64,000 nucleotides of DNA, from the NCBI RefSeq assembly GCF_030684315.1, contig NC_081360.1, positions 26,395,818 through 26,459,817 on the forward strand. The letters run 5' to 3'. Made by a program: the position numbers and the translations under genes. The notes under the pieces were generated by a model that did no database searches, was not told the DNA's origin, and saw nothing but the letters and a program-made list of their open reading frames with translations. Positions 53,301 through 64,000 of this stretch are shown piece by piece. The stretch's first letter is position 1, and every line of letters begins with the position of its first letter. The DNA is from Stegostoma tigrinum. Taxonomy: Eukaryota.

Positions 53301-54281
53301 CGCATCAGGTTTATGGCAGACAAGAAAAATATTTAAGGGGCATCTAAAGTTCTGCCAAGAAATAATTACATTTTAATGAACAACTACAGTTATTTTTGCT
53401 TTTTTTTCAAACAAAGCTTTAGAATGTACTTGTCTACTTGGTTTAAAAGATTAAAATGACAAAAAATCTTATCCTCCTTTCTACACAGTAAATGACAGAT
53501 TGAGTAATCTGCTCCATGTATCAGTCATGGAAAACCTCATCATTACTTAATTGTTTCGAACAATTATTTCTACATTTTTTTAAAAAAAGGGTTTTAAATA
53601 AATCAATTAAGTTACTGATTGAATAATGGAAAAAAATAGATATCTTGCTACAAATTACATTAGTAATTCTTTCAGATTTGTGTATGAAAAAAACATTTGG
53701 TAAATAAAGTGCCAGATTTGAGGCATCAACAGTCAAACACTGTAACAATCTGATGTAATATACCTGTACAGAAATCACTTTTCAGGATGTCAAGCAGGAA
53801 GACCTTGACTGCAATTAAATCTTGATTTTTGGAGTTAAAATGCAGTATGCACAGTTTTAGCAGCTAACGAGAAGTTAAGGAACAGTGAAGAGAGAATGTT
53901 ATGATACACAATGAAAGGAAAATCTGAGAATAAATGCTGCCAATAAGTAAAAATCAATCAAACAAATTTAATCCAAGAGTTTATTATACTCTAATAATAT
54001 TAATGTATTATTACTTTTCATAATATCACAATTACATTTTAATGGCAAAGGCAAAAAAAAGTACTTTGATCACATGATTTTTGGTTTTGGCGTATGCTTC
54101 CCCTTTAGGAAAAATGAATTGCAATGTATTAACTTCTTTTTAACACCACAGTTTATTAAATGTGATTTTTTAAAAAAATTCTCAGAACTAATCACATAAT
54201 GTCACTGTGCACTGCCACGTATTTCCACTGCATACATTATTATTGCAATCTTTGACAAATACTAAATTTCAGTAAGATTAC

Positions 54282-54420
54282 CGAGAGATTTGAGTGGTTT
54301 CTCAGCTTTCACTAATTCCAGCACATCCAACGTATCTTGTGTATCACCCTCCAAAGACACCAAAAGGTCAAACAGACATTGAGAAGACACACCTTTAGCT
54401 GATCCACTTGTTGTAACATC
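54282..54420 (-). CDS. UNC80: UNC80 coding exon 3/18 (139 nt), not in ORF track
   Basis: tttag|GAT GTT...CTC G|gtaatc; DVTTSGSAKGVSSQCLFDLLVSLEGDTQDTLDVLELVKAEKPLKSL. Confidence 0.95.
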
Positions 54421-54669
54421 CTAAATACAAAAACAAAATACAAGTTTTCTTTGACACAATTTTTGCTTTCACGGCAGACTTGACTCCTTCTATGGTAAGT
54501 ATTGTTCGCCTAGTTAAGATGGTGATAAGTTGAGCCGATAGAGCTGAAAGGTGATAGGTCGAATAGTATGTATCTGATCTCAGCCAGAGTAACTCAGACA
54601 TATCTCTGCATCCTTGTGTAAGGGGGAGGAGAAAATCGGCCAAGTCTCTCTCTGATCACTATTTTTTTT

Positions 54670-54912
54670 CCAATCAATCTGTTCAGAGATGTTCTTACAC
54701 ATTTCTAGTGCAAGAGGGGCTTGAACTCAGGCCTCCTGGTTCAGGGGTATGGCAGGATAACAAAGTGTGGGGCTGGATGAACACAGCAGGCCAAGCAGCA
54801 TCTCAGGAGCACAAAAGCTGATGTTTCGGGCCTAGACCCTTCATCAGAAAAAGCTGGGACTTGAACCCAGACCTCTTGACTCAAAGTTAGGGATACTTCC
54901 TCTGCACCACAG
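54670..54912 (-). mobile_element. Short tRNA-like SINE pieces flanking a PLE family A terminus (54755-54851)
   Basis: SINE pieces are homologous to 63885-63985 and 52132-52203. The PLE terminus reads gataacaaagtgtggggctggatgaacac...gacccttcatcagaaa. Confidence 0.8.
54820..54847 (-). ncRNA. Minimal hammerhead ribozyme-like motif, sense to the UNC80 pre-mRNA
   Basis: Minus strand reads CTGATGA-a-GGG(tctagg)CCC-GAAAC-ATC. Confidence 0.65.
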
Positions 54913-55058
54913 CAAGTTTGAAGGGCCTGGCGACCTACTTTTATTCCTTGCTCCGATCCAAAAACTTTGCCAAGCCAGAACTGTATATTATTTAAAAACA
55001 GGTTCGAATAAATATCTGGGGCCAACATGAGAGGGATGGAACAATTTTATTTACTTAC

Positions 55059-55193
55059 TGAGAACTCCAGTAGTGGTGCTGCACTTGCAAATAATTGAAG
55101 AATAAAAGGCTTTCGATGCAAAACATAAAACTGTCGACAAGAAAATTCAATTGCTTGGCGTAGCAATGGATTGCTTTCATAATCAGCATAGAC
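55059..55193 (-). CDS. UNC80: UNC80 coding exon 2/18 (135 nt)
   Basis: ttgcag|GTC TAT...TTC TCA|gtaagt; VYADYESNPLLRQAIEFSCRQFYVLHRKPFILQLFASAAPLLEFS. Confidence 0.96.
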
Positions 55194-55364
55194 CTGCAAG
55201 AGGGAATATTTTGAAACAATGTGAATACTAGCAATAAACACACTTTATATAGCCTTTGATAAATACACATAGGTGTTGTAAATTTGAGCAGCGTGATAAG
55301 ATTCTATTTGCATGCATGATTTTTGCATGTGAGGTTGTATTCTTTATATTGTTACAGAAAGGAG

Positions 55365-55998
55365 AGGCATGCATTTACAGAGTGCCTTTTATGACCTGAA
55401 AGTGCACCAAAGAATGTTAAGCTATGACAATCTTTAAATTTGTAGTCAGTTTTGCAGGAAGGGAAAACAGCAGTCAATTTGCAAACTGCAACCTTCTACA
55501 ACAGCAATGAAACAATGACACCCCTATACAGTCAGTGGGGTAAAGCACAGAAACAGATCCATATCTCTCTAAACACTTCCTATTCATATACCCATCCAGA
55601 TGGCTTTTAAATGTTATAATTGCATCAGCCTCCATCACTTCCTCTGGCAGCTCAATCTGGACAAACGCCACCCTCTGCATGAAAAAGTTGCCCCTCACCT
55701 TAAACTTATGTCTTGGAGCTTTAGATTCCCCTACCCTGGTGAAAAGGCATTAGTTTTCTTTTAACATCTTTTTAAATTGGTATTGAGTGAGGGATAAATA
55801 TTGACAACAGTACTGGAATGCTGCGCTCGGGGAAGCAATGTGGTCTTTTATCTCCATTCACCTGAATTGAATGCCGACAATTTTTTTTGCCTAATACTGC
55901 TACTTGCCACACACAGTTACTGTTGTGGTTTGTCTTGTGAGCTTGCAAAGAGAATTAACGAGTGTACAGCTGCATCACACTCAACAGTATTGAAACAG
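55365..55998 (-). mobile_element. DeuSINE-like element split by a CR1 3' fragment (about 55522-55750)
   Basis: Deu-like segments gcagtcaatttgcaaactgcaaccttctacaacagcaatg and gagggataaatattgac flank CR1 RGNFFMQRVAFVQIELPEEV. Confidence 0.65.
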
Positions 55999-56899
55999 AG
56001 GATGGTTTGAAAACAAATCGAAGGATGCTCTGGTAATTTATGTATTAACTTCACATGAAAATACAATGTCTTGGTTTATATGTATCTCATGCATGGTACA
56101 AAATTTGAAACCAAAGAACAGGAAGAAAACTTTCTATTATATAGTCTTAAGAACAAGCTCATATGTTTTTGTTTCTGAATGCACTGAGTTTATTGTGTCA
56201 ATCAAAGTGAAGTGAATACAGCTGAAAGGCATTGCAGGACTAATGCCACTTCAGCCCAAGCCTGCATACTGGCCCCATCTTGCTGCACGCAGGTATAGGA
56301 CAGCTTCATTATCTCAGGAATTGCAAATGGCACTAAACATTGTCATCATCAGCAATCTTATGAAGAAGGTAAGGATGTTGTTGTTTAAACAGCTGAAGCA
56401 GACTGGACCTAGGTCTACAGGTAACAATGAAGAACATGAAGACAGAAGGAATAGTTTGGGACAATGCTTTATTTGCTTACTATAGTTTAGTATTAATACT
56501 GCAGTCGCATGCTATCCCCAATGTTCGCATTGTCTTCTCTCAAACTGTATTCTGTGCAGAATGAAGACTTTTTTGACAGTAATAAAGATTGGAAAATATG
56601 ATACTACTATGATCTAAAGAATAAGAATCTGCTTGACATTTTTTGTTCGGTTGCAGCATACTGCCAAACACAGAAACCCGTCACAATAATCAATAATCTC
56701 CTAACAAGTTACTAAGAAATCTATGCGAAGGCATTTACATGTTTTCTTTAGGTGTAGGCCAATTTTACATCCCTATATGTCCTGTCCCACCGGCAGGACA
56801 GACTTGGCAGAGGTGGCGGCACAGTGGTACAGTCAGGAGGGAGTGTCCCCTAGGAATCCTTAACATTGACTCTGGGCTCTAAGAAGTGTCATGACTACA

Positions 56900-57340
56900 G
56901 GCTAACCATGGCAAGGGACCCTCCTTTCAAATATCACACAACATCCTCCATCAGTTGGTGAATCAGAGCTCCTCCATGTTGAGCAATGCTTTGAAGCACG
57001 GAACGTGGAAAGGACACAAAACGTATTCTGATGGGAGATTTCAACATGTGCTCCTAGGAGTGGCTCAGCATCAGCACTACTGATCGAGTTGGTTGGGTGC
57101 TAAAGGACATAGTTACTAGATTGGGTCTGCGGCAGGTAATGAGGGGAATCAACAAGAGGAAAAGCATACATGGCCTCATTCTTACCAATTTTCCAGCTGC
57201 AGATGCATGTCTCCATGACATGAGTGGTAAAAAAGTGACCACTGCATGGTCCTTGCAGAGACAAAGTCCCCTGCGTCACATTGTGACACCATCACTGTGC
57301 TAATGGGACAGACTCCAACAGATCTTGCAACTCAAGGCTG
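56900..57340 (+). mobile_element. LINE APE-endonuclease region remnant
   Basis: ctgatgggagatttcaac (LMGDFN), then LKDIVTRLGLRQVMRG...LILTN. Confidence 0.7.
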
Positions 57341-58319
57341 GCTTAACAAGAGAACTTAAAAGAAGAATTGTATATGGTATTTTGAATCTCATCTGAAGTA
57401 TCCAGTAGCCATATCCAAAGTATTTGAGGCTCATTCTTCTGCTATTGTTTCATAATGTCAATTGTCTGTTGTTATTATTTATCTCTGTCCTTAATGTTTC
57501 AGGATTTCAAAGTAAGACTTGTGTTTAAAACAGATTATGGTCTATTAAGCTCCATTATATATTCTTCTACAGAAGCATTGTTAGATTTCTAAATTTATCA
57601 AAGTCTGAGTGTGCCTCATGTGCATTGAACAGATTTTCTTAGCAACTTTGACCACAAATATTAGAAGATTATCCAAGCATTCCTCAGTGTCAAATTCCTG
57701 AGCCTCCATCTCTGAAAATATTTTACACCCGATCCTGTTTCAGGCAGGAAGGAATTGTACAAACATCAGTGGGAAATGACATCCTGACACTTTGTTTGCT
57801 TCAGCCATTCTTCTTAAAAGCAAATCAAATTCCCATATCCTGTTGGAATAAAAAAAATCCCCTATTTCCAATCTTTACCTTCTGGCAACCATCCTGTTCT
57901 AGCAATGTCCACACAGACCCAAGCCTGATGGTGAAATAGAACTTAAGGCACATTTCCTTGTGGTTAGCATTTATCAACCTTTCAGTAACCTAGCTCCTAT
58001 CATCCTAAACACCACCTGTTCACCTTTTATATTTACTCGTCTTTAATTAATCAATTAAACACAGTCAGCAGCAGCAACTCTTTTGCGCTAACACTAATTT
58101 CTACCAAAGATGTATAACACTGCTTGCATTCAGATGTGTACTTTGCTTATTTATTAACACAAGTTCTTCTTAAGTTTGGTTTGTTCTTAAGCACATAAAC
58201 CTAGTCCATGCTTTCTATTAATTTGGGTGTGGAAGGCAGTTAAATTGGGAAAAAAAAATCTTAAGTGTTAATAATGGGCTTGATAATGGGCTGTATAACG
58301 CAGTGAGGCATAACACTAG

Positions 58320-58625
58320 TAAATCCAATATCTGTTGCCCATCCCTAACTACACTTGGCTGGGCAGCTGACATTGCCATTTCAAACAGCAGTTCAGAGTC
58401 ATCCATGTTCCTGTAGGCCAGACCAGGAGATGACCTAAAGGACATTAATAAACTCGATGGGTTTTTACAATTGATAGTTCCAGGTCACCTTTCCTGAGAC
58501 TAGCTTTTAATTCCAGGTTCATTAACTGAATTTGAATTCTGAAAGTTTTCATGGTGGGATTGTCATACATATTACAAGACTAACAGTTTGGATCTCTGGA
58601 CTACTAGTCCAGTGACACTACCAGT
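58320..58625 (-). mobile_element. tRNA-derived SINE with gggatgggca tail
   Basis: Reverse complement of 59755-60065. Further copies lie at about 1600-1790 (minus) and 9205-9480 (plus). Confidence 0.7.
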
Positions 58626-58992
58626 TCCCAGTTTCCCTTTGGTTTTTCTCTTGGCCCTTCTGGGTTTAAATCCCACCATGACTTTTAGAAGAATCTAAAT
58701 TCAATTACCAAAAATCTTCAATTAAAAGTAAGATGCAGAGATAAAAATTCCCACATTGATAGGCCCAAATGTGCCTGCATTAAGCAACATGGGTTGACTC
58801 TGAAATGGCTGTGCAAGCCACTACTATAAGCTGGTGCAAGATGACAAAGGAGTGAAACCGTACAGACCGCCACTATCAGCTGAGGAACTGGAAATGACAA
58901 AGGCACTCCTGTCTGGTGAACTTACACCCTACTAACATCTTGCACCCAATGCTAAAATTACGAGAGCTATCACACAGATTAATAAAACTGCA

Positions 58993-59194
58993 AAAAGCAG
59001 AAGTTGCTGGAAAAGCTCAGCAGGTCCAGCAGCATCTGCAAAGAGAAATCAGAGTTAATGTTTCTGTTCTGGTGGTACACAAAACGTTAACTCTGATTTT
59101 TTCCTCACAGGTGCCGCCAGACCTGCTGTGCTTTTCTAGCAACTTCTGCTTTTGTTTCTGATTCACAGCATCTGCATTTCTTTTGGTTTTTATG
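58993..59194. mobile_element. PLE-derived fold-back element (family B)
   Basis: Arms of about 70 bp at 58993-59060 and 59081-59153 with a short spacer, plus an imperfect 13-bp flanking direct repeat. Confidence 0.85.
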
Positions 59195-59754
59195 TAATAA
59201 AGCCACAGGCTTGTACAGTCATGCTCACTGAATTATACCACATGGACAATGTCCCAGGCCCAGACTAGGAGCAATACCCACATCCAGTGAGAGTATAAAA
59301 AACAAACCTCTTCCCAGCCATTGTCTCTGTATGAATCGGACATCCATATTGACCTCGGGGTGTACTTAATATCCACTGTCCTGTCCATGACAGAAAAAGC
59401 ACTTCCTTCAATCTTCACAATGTTATTACATCGTTACGTCACCACCTCCCCAACAACATTCCCTGAAACACATATTCAATACTTTGTGAAACTACGTCCA
59501 GACAGAACTATTCCAACGTATACTTGGTTAGTCACCCCTAATCTATCATTAAACATCTGATCATACAAAACACTACTGCACAGATCCTTACCCACATCAA
59601 CTCCTTCTCATGCACTAATCTTTCCTTGCTAAGCAACATCAGCTCCTGTCCCGCAAAGATTTCACATTTAGCTTACTTACTTTTGTGTTAAAATACTTCC
59701 ATGCCCTTGGTATAGTTTGAGATTTGTAATCTTCTTTAGTGGGGAAATGGTAGG

Positions 59755-60065
59755 GTGGTAGTAGTATGCCACCAGATTAATAATCCAGAGATCCAAACTA
59801 GTGGTCTAATGATATGTATGACATTTCCACATTGTGACTGGTAGAATTTACATTCACTTAATAAACCTGGAATTAAGAATCCTGGCCACGAAACTATCAG
59901 TTATTGTAAAACTCCATATGGTTTATTAATGTCCTTTAGGTCATTGGTTGGTCTGACCTACATGTTACTCAGATCCATAGCAACGTGGTTGAGTCTGAAC
60001 TGCTATTTGAAACGGCAATGTGAGCCACCCAGCACTTAGGGATGGGCAACAAATGTTGGATTTAC
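59755..60065 (+). mobile_element. tRNA-derived SINE with gggatgggca tail
   Basis: ccagattaataatccagag...ctggaattaaga...aatgtcctttagg...ctgacctacatg...ttagggatgggcaacaaatg. Confidence 0.75.
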
Positions 60066-61004
60066 TACTGTTATCCCTCAATGCTTTACACACTGGTGAT
60101 CAAGCCTCATTATCAAAGTTTAAGTTTTCTTCCCAATTCACCTGCCTTTCATACTTAAATTAATACAAAGCCTGGATCAAGTTTCTGTACTTAAGAACAA
60201 ACCAAATTTAAGAAGAACATGTTATAAATAAATAGATTCTAACCATAAGTAAAGAATGATGAACTGCTAGCATACAACTCCACTACTAAAACTCTTAACT
60301 CCTTCTAAAACTCCCTACACATATTAAAAGAGAAACAAAAGCATTGGTGTTATGGCAGAGCAGAAAAATAACTGGGAAAGCAGTTCAATGGCCCCACTTC
60401 ATAGGGTTATTTTGATTTCTGCACAAGAGGCACAGAGTGACTGGTACATTGACTGCAAATTTTCTTGGTTACTGGGTAGGAGTCCCAGATAACAGCAAGT
60501 TATGACAGTAAATAAATGAGCTTTCTTCAGGCTTTAGGTAATTTGTTGGACAGAAAGGCTTGTTGTTACCAAAGACTCTGCCAGTATCATTCACAAACCC
60601 AAGTTATTCAGCTACCTTGGAACCAGTTAGTTGTTGTCGGGCTGATGTCATCCACAAATTGTCACAACCCCACAAACCAATTGCCAGCTGAATCTCATTT
60701 TGTAAATAACCCCTGGTGCTGGCCCATCTACAAACAGATTCCCCCTCATTGCTTGACCAAATCAACAGTGCAAGCACAACATACAAGGAGTTTTAGTAAC
60801 TTGGTTTTGAAAATTTCTTCTGAAATCTTTGGTTTTAAAACAATCCTTCTTCCATTTCGGTCCACAAAGATAAATAAAATTTTTTTAAAAATTACACAAG
60901 CAATGACCATTTCAGATCAAAAGGATTTTTAGTATCTTAACCAGTAAAAATTTCTTCTGATCCCAGTTTTTTATGTAATTCACTTCCTTCTCCCTCCCAC
61001 TGGC

Positions 61005-62338
61005 ACAAAGGACAAAGAAAATTACAGCACAAGAACAGGCTCTTCAACCCTCCAAGCCTGCGCTGATCCAGATCCTTTATCTAAACTTGTCATCTATTTT
61101 CCAAGGATCTGTATCCCTCTGCTCCCTGCCCATTCACGTATCTGTCCAGATACATCTTAAATGACAATATCATGCCCGACTGTACCACCTCCGCTGGCAA
61201 CGCGTACCAAGCACCCATCACCCTCTGCGTGAAGAACTTTCCATGCATATCTCCCTTAAACTTCTCCCCTCTCACCTTGAAATCATAAGCCCTAGTAACT
61301 GAGTTCCCTGCTCTGGGAAAAAGCTTCTTGCTTTCCACCCTGTCTATATCTCTCATGATTTTGTAGTCCTCAATCAGGCCCCCCCCTCAACCTCCATCTT
61401 TCTAATATAAATAATCCTAATCTACTCAACCTCTCTTCATAGCTAGCGCCCTCCATACCAGGCAACATCCTGGTGAACCTCCTCTGCACCCTCTCCAAAG
61501 CATCCGCATCCTTTTGGTAATATGGCGACCAGAACTGTACACAGTATTCTAAATTGGTTGAACCAAAGTCCTATACAACTGGAACATGACCTGCCAACTC
61601 TTGTACTCAATACCCTGTCCGATGAAGGAAAGCATGCCGTATGCCTTCTTGACCACTCTATTGACCTGCGTTGCCACCTTCAGGGTACAATGGACCTGAA
61701 CACCCAGATCTCTCTATGCATCAATTTTCCCCCAGGGCTTTTCAATTTACCGCATTGTTCACTCTTGAATTGGGTCTTCCAAAATGAATCACCTCGCATT
61801 TGCCCGGATTGAACTCCATCTGCCATTTCTCCACCCAACTCTCCAATCTATCGCTATTCCGCTACATTCTCTGGCAGTCCTCTTCACTATCTGCTCCTCC
61901 CCCATCTTAGTGTCATGTGCAAACTTGATAATCAGACCATCTATACCATCCTCCAGATCATTTCTGTATATCACAAACAACAGTGATCTGAACACAGATC
62001 CCTGTGGAACACCACTGGTCACAGTTCTACATTTTGAGAAACTTCCTTCCACTACAACTCTCTGTCTCCTGTTGCCCAGCCAGTTCTCTATCCACCTCGT
62101 TTGTACAGCCTGGACCCCATGCGATTTCACATTCTCCATCAGCCTACCATGGGGAAACTTATCAAACGCCGAATTAAAGTCCTTGTTTATGACATCTACA
62201 GCCCTTCCCTCATCTACAGCCCTCCCCTCATCTATCAACTTTGTCACTTCCTGAAAGAATTCTATCAAATTGGTAAGACATGACCTTCCCTGCACAAAAC
62301 CATGCTGCCTATCGCTAATAAGCCCATTTTCTTCTAAA
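61005..62338 (-). mobile_element. CR1 LINE, RT through 3' end; relatively well preserved
   Basis: QGRSCLTNLIEFF...DFNSAFDKFPH...SGVPQGSV...KFAHDTK; FFTQRVMGAWYALP; tail at about 61005-61050. Confidence 0.93.
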
Positions 62339-63178
62339 TGAGCACACTTTATATCGTCTGGGCTCTACACTCTGAAAACACTCCTTAATCTGCTCTGCAC
62401 ATCGTGCTTAAACCTCACTTCTTTGACCAACCTTTTGTTTCTTCTCCCTCCATCCCAATCCTAATGTCTTCTACTTTGGCTAGATGCCCTCATTTTTTAT
62501 TTCACTTCATGATGTTTTGTGTACTAAATATACTATATAAAAGCAAGTAATTCTTGATGTCTCCAGCCTCTGGTTAAGTTCACTGAAGGAATGGTGGGAA
62601 GGATGAAATAAAATGGAGTAAGAATTCAGTCTGCAGCCCAAGTGTAAAACTAGCATTGTGAACCCACTGTCTGTTTATAAAAAAACATTCAGAATATTCA
62701 CTGGAAATGAGTTACTCGGCTCCCTCAACAGGCAGGTATTCAACAACATGAGTTTTAAGCCCTGGTAGCAACTTGATAATTTTGCTTTAAGAAATATGAT
62801 TCCAATTCCATATCGCTGCAACAAATGTTAAGAGCAAAATTGATCAATTACACAGAACAGTCATAGTTATTCAACCACATTTAAACTGTTGGAGGACCAG
62901 AGAAAAAATACTGGTGACCTGAACCCACACCAATACCAGTCGTACATATCTAAACTCAGACTTCTTTAGTCTCATCAGGTTGCATTGGACTTCCAAATGA
63001 AATCTGGATCTTAAACCATGGGTGAACGATTGGAAGTATTTTTAGGAAAAGAATTTGAAATGGCTGTGAAGATGTTTGACTTCCATGGTAAGTTTTTAAT
63101 CACGAGTTAATTAATGGCAAATAATTATTGATTCCAGTAAGCTTAGTGGTCACTTAGTGCTTGTTGAAATAAACCTAC

Positions 63179-63444
63179 CTGAAGCATGGAAGGAAGGATC
63201 CACTGATAGCCACTCAGTGAAAAGAGATGATTGAAGTGCACTGCAGTATTGATAGCTGTAGCAGCATATTGACGGAGCAATGCACTGTCTTCAGGATGAA
63301 GGATTAAAGCCCCATTAAACACATTCAGGAAGAGCATTATCTCATCTCCCCAGGGAAATTCACTGGGCATACCCAAAAACATCTCTTCCAAGAGTTTGAT
63401 CCACATACTCTTGTGAAGGGTATCAAGACCAAATAATTCTTTGC
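63179..63444 (-). CDS. UNC80: UNC80 coding exon 1/18 in window (266 nt)
   Basis: ttttcag|GC AAA GAA...ATG CTT CAG|gtaggt; (G)KELFGLDTL...GYQWILPSMLQ. Confidence 0.96.
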
Positions 63445-63884
63445 CTGAAAAAACAATAAAAGATTTCACCTTGATGTCTGACACCTCATCCTAAAGACTA
63501 CTTTACTGTAACCTTCTGAAATAATTCCTAATTAAAAAATTCTGGAAAATTTCATCTATCCATGAAACATAAAACTGGAAACTACCACTTCAGCCATTTA
63601 ATTACAATAATTACCTCCCAAACTATTGGCATTTTAATACAATACATGCAAATAATTACTATTATTCTGATTTACAGAAAGTAATTCTGTGGTTTACAAT
63701 TAAAGAAAAACATGTTCGATAATACAAACAAGCGGTTCATAAACCTCCACTATTACAAACCATCTCGTAATTCCTGGAACTTAAATGAAATTGAAGAAAG
63801 ATAAAGATGTGGTAGGTTATGTCACTGTATTGTCGAACAAAAGCATTGACTACACAAAACACAAGTTGTACAACATAGCTGTGG

Positions 63885-63985
63885 GTTCTTGTGGCACAGT
63901 GGTGGTGTTTCTGCCCCTCGCAGGTCCAAGCTCAAGTCCCAATTGCTCCAGAGGTGTACAATAACACATCTGAACAGGGTGATTA
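63885..63985 (+). mobile_element. Short (~100 bp) tRNA-like SINE
   Basis: gtggcacagtggtggtgt...tcaagtccc...ccagaggtgtacaataacacatctgaacagggtgatta. Inverted copies lie at 52132-52203 and 54670-54750. Confidence 0.7.
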
Positions 63986-64000
63986 CATGAGAAAGCATTA

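Larger units (their letters stand above)
230..63444 (-). other. UNC80: UNC80 gene body, partial: 18 internal coding exons of the 3' part of the gene
   Basis: Spliced exons translate without stops from GKELFGLDTLHKSMWIKLLEEMFLGMPSEFPWGDEIML to QQPLGRKRGLRQ. This matches recalled vertebrate UNC80 C-terminal sequence in order. All introns are GT-AG with compatible phases. Confidence 0.97.

Noticed and set aside
54717-54892. About 37-bp repeat on both sides of the PLE terminus, read as a very long TSD
   Set aside because: The two copies differ at many positions, more than the young-looking insert implies; more likely two SINE heads.
1-64000. CRISPR arrays, operons, rRNA or other prokaryotic systems
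   Set aside because: No regularly spaced repeats or dense long ORFs; the window is a spliced vertebrate gene.

Overview
Vertebrate nuclear DNA, almost certainly from a shark or other elasmobranch, judging by HE1/V-SINEs, HER1-type CR1 tails and Penelope-like elements. The whole window lies inside one minus-strand gene, UNC80 (NALCN channel complex subunit). I traced 18 consecutive GT-AG coding exons from 63444 to 230. They total 2720 nt (about 907 codons), every junction is phase-compatible, and there are no stops; the gene continues beyond both window ends. The introns hold decayed CR1, L2-like and Rex1/Babar LINEs, at least five SINE families, and Penelope-like elements (PLEs). The most interesting signal is a set of PLE termini and short PLE-derived fold-back insertions, some with 13-16 bp target-site duplications. 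Several carry minimal hammerhead-ribozyme-like cores (CUGANGA-stem II-GAAAC) from three sequence families, but none is fully intact. Gene and repeat identities come from recalled sequence knowledge, not database searches, and repeat boundaries are approximate.
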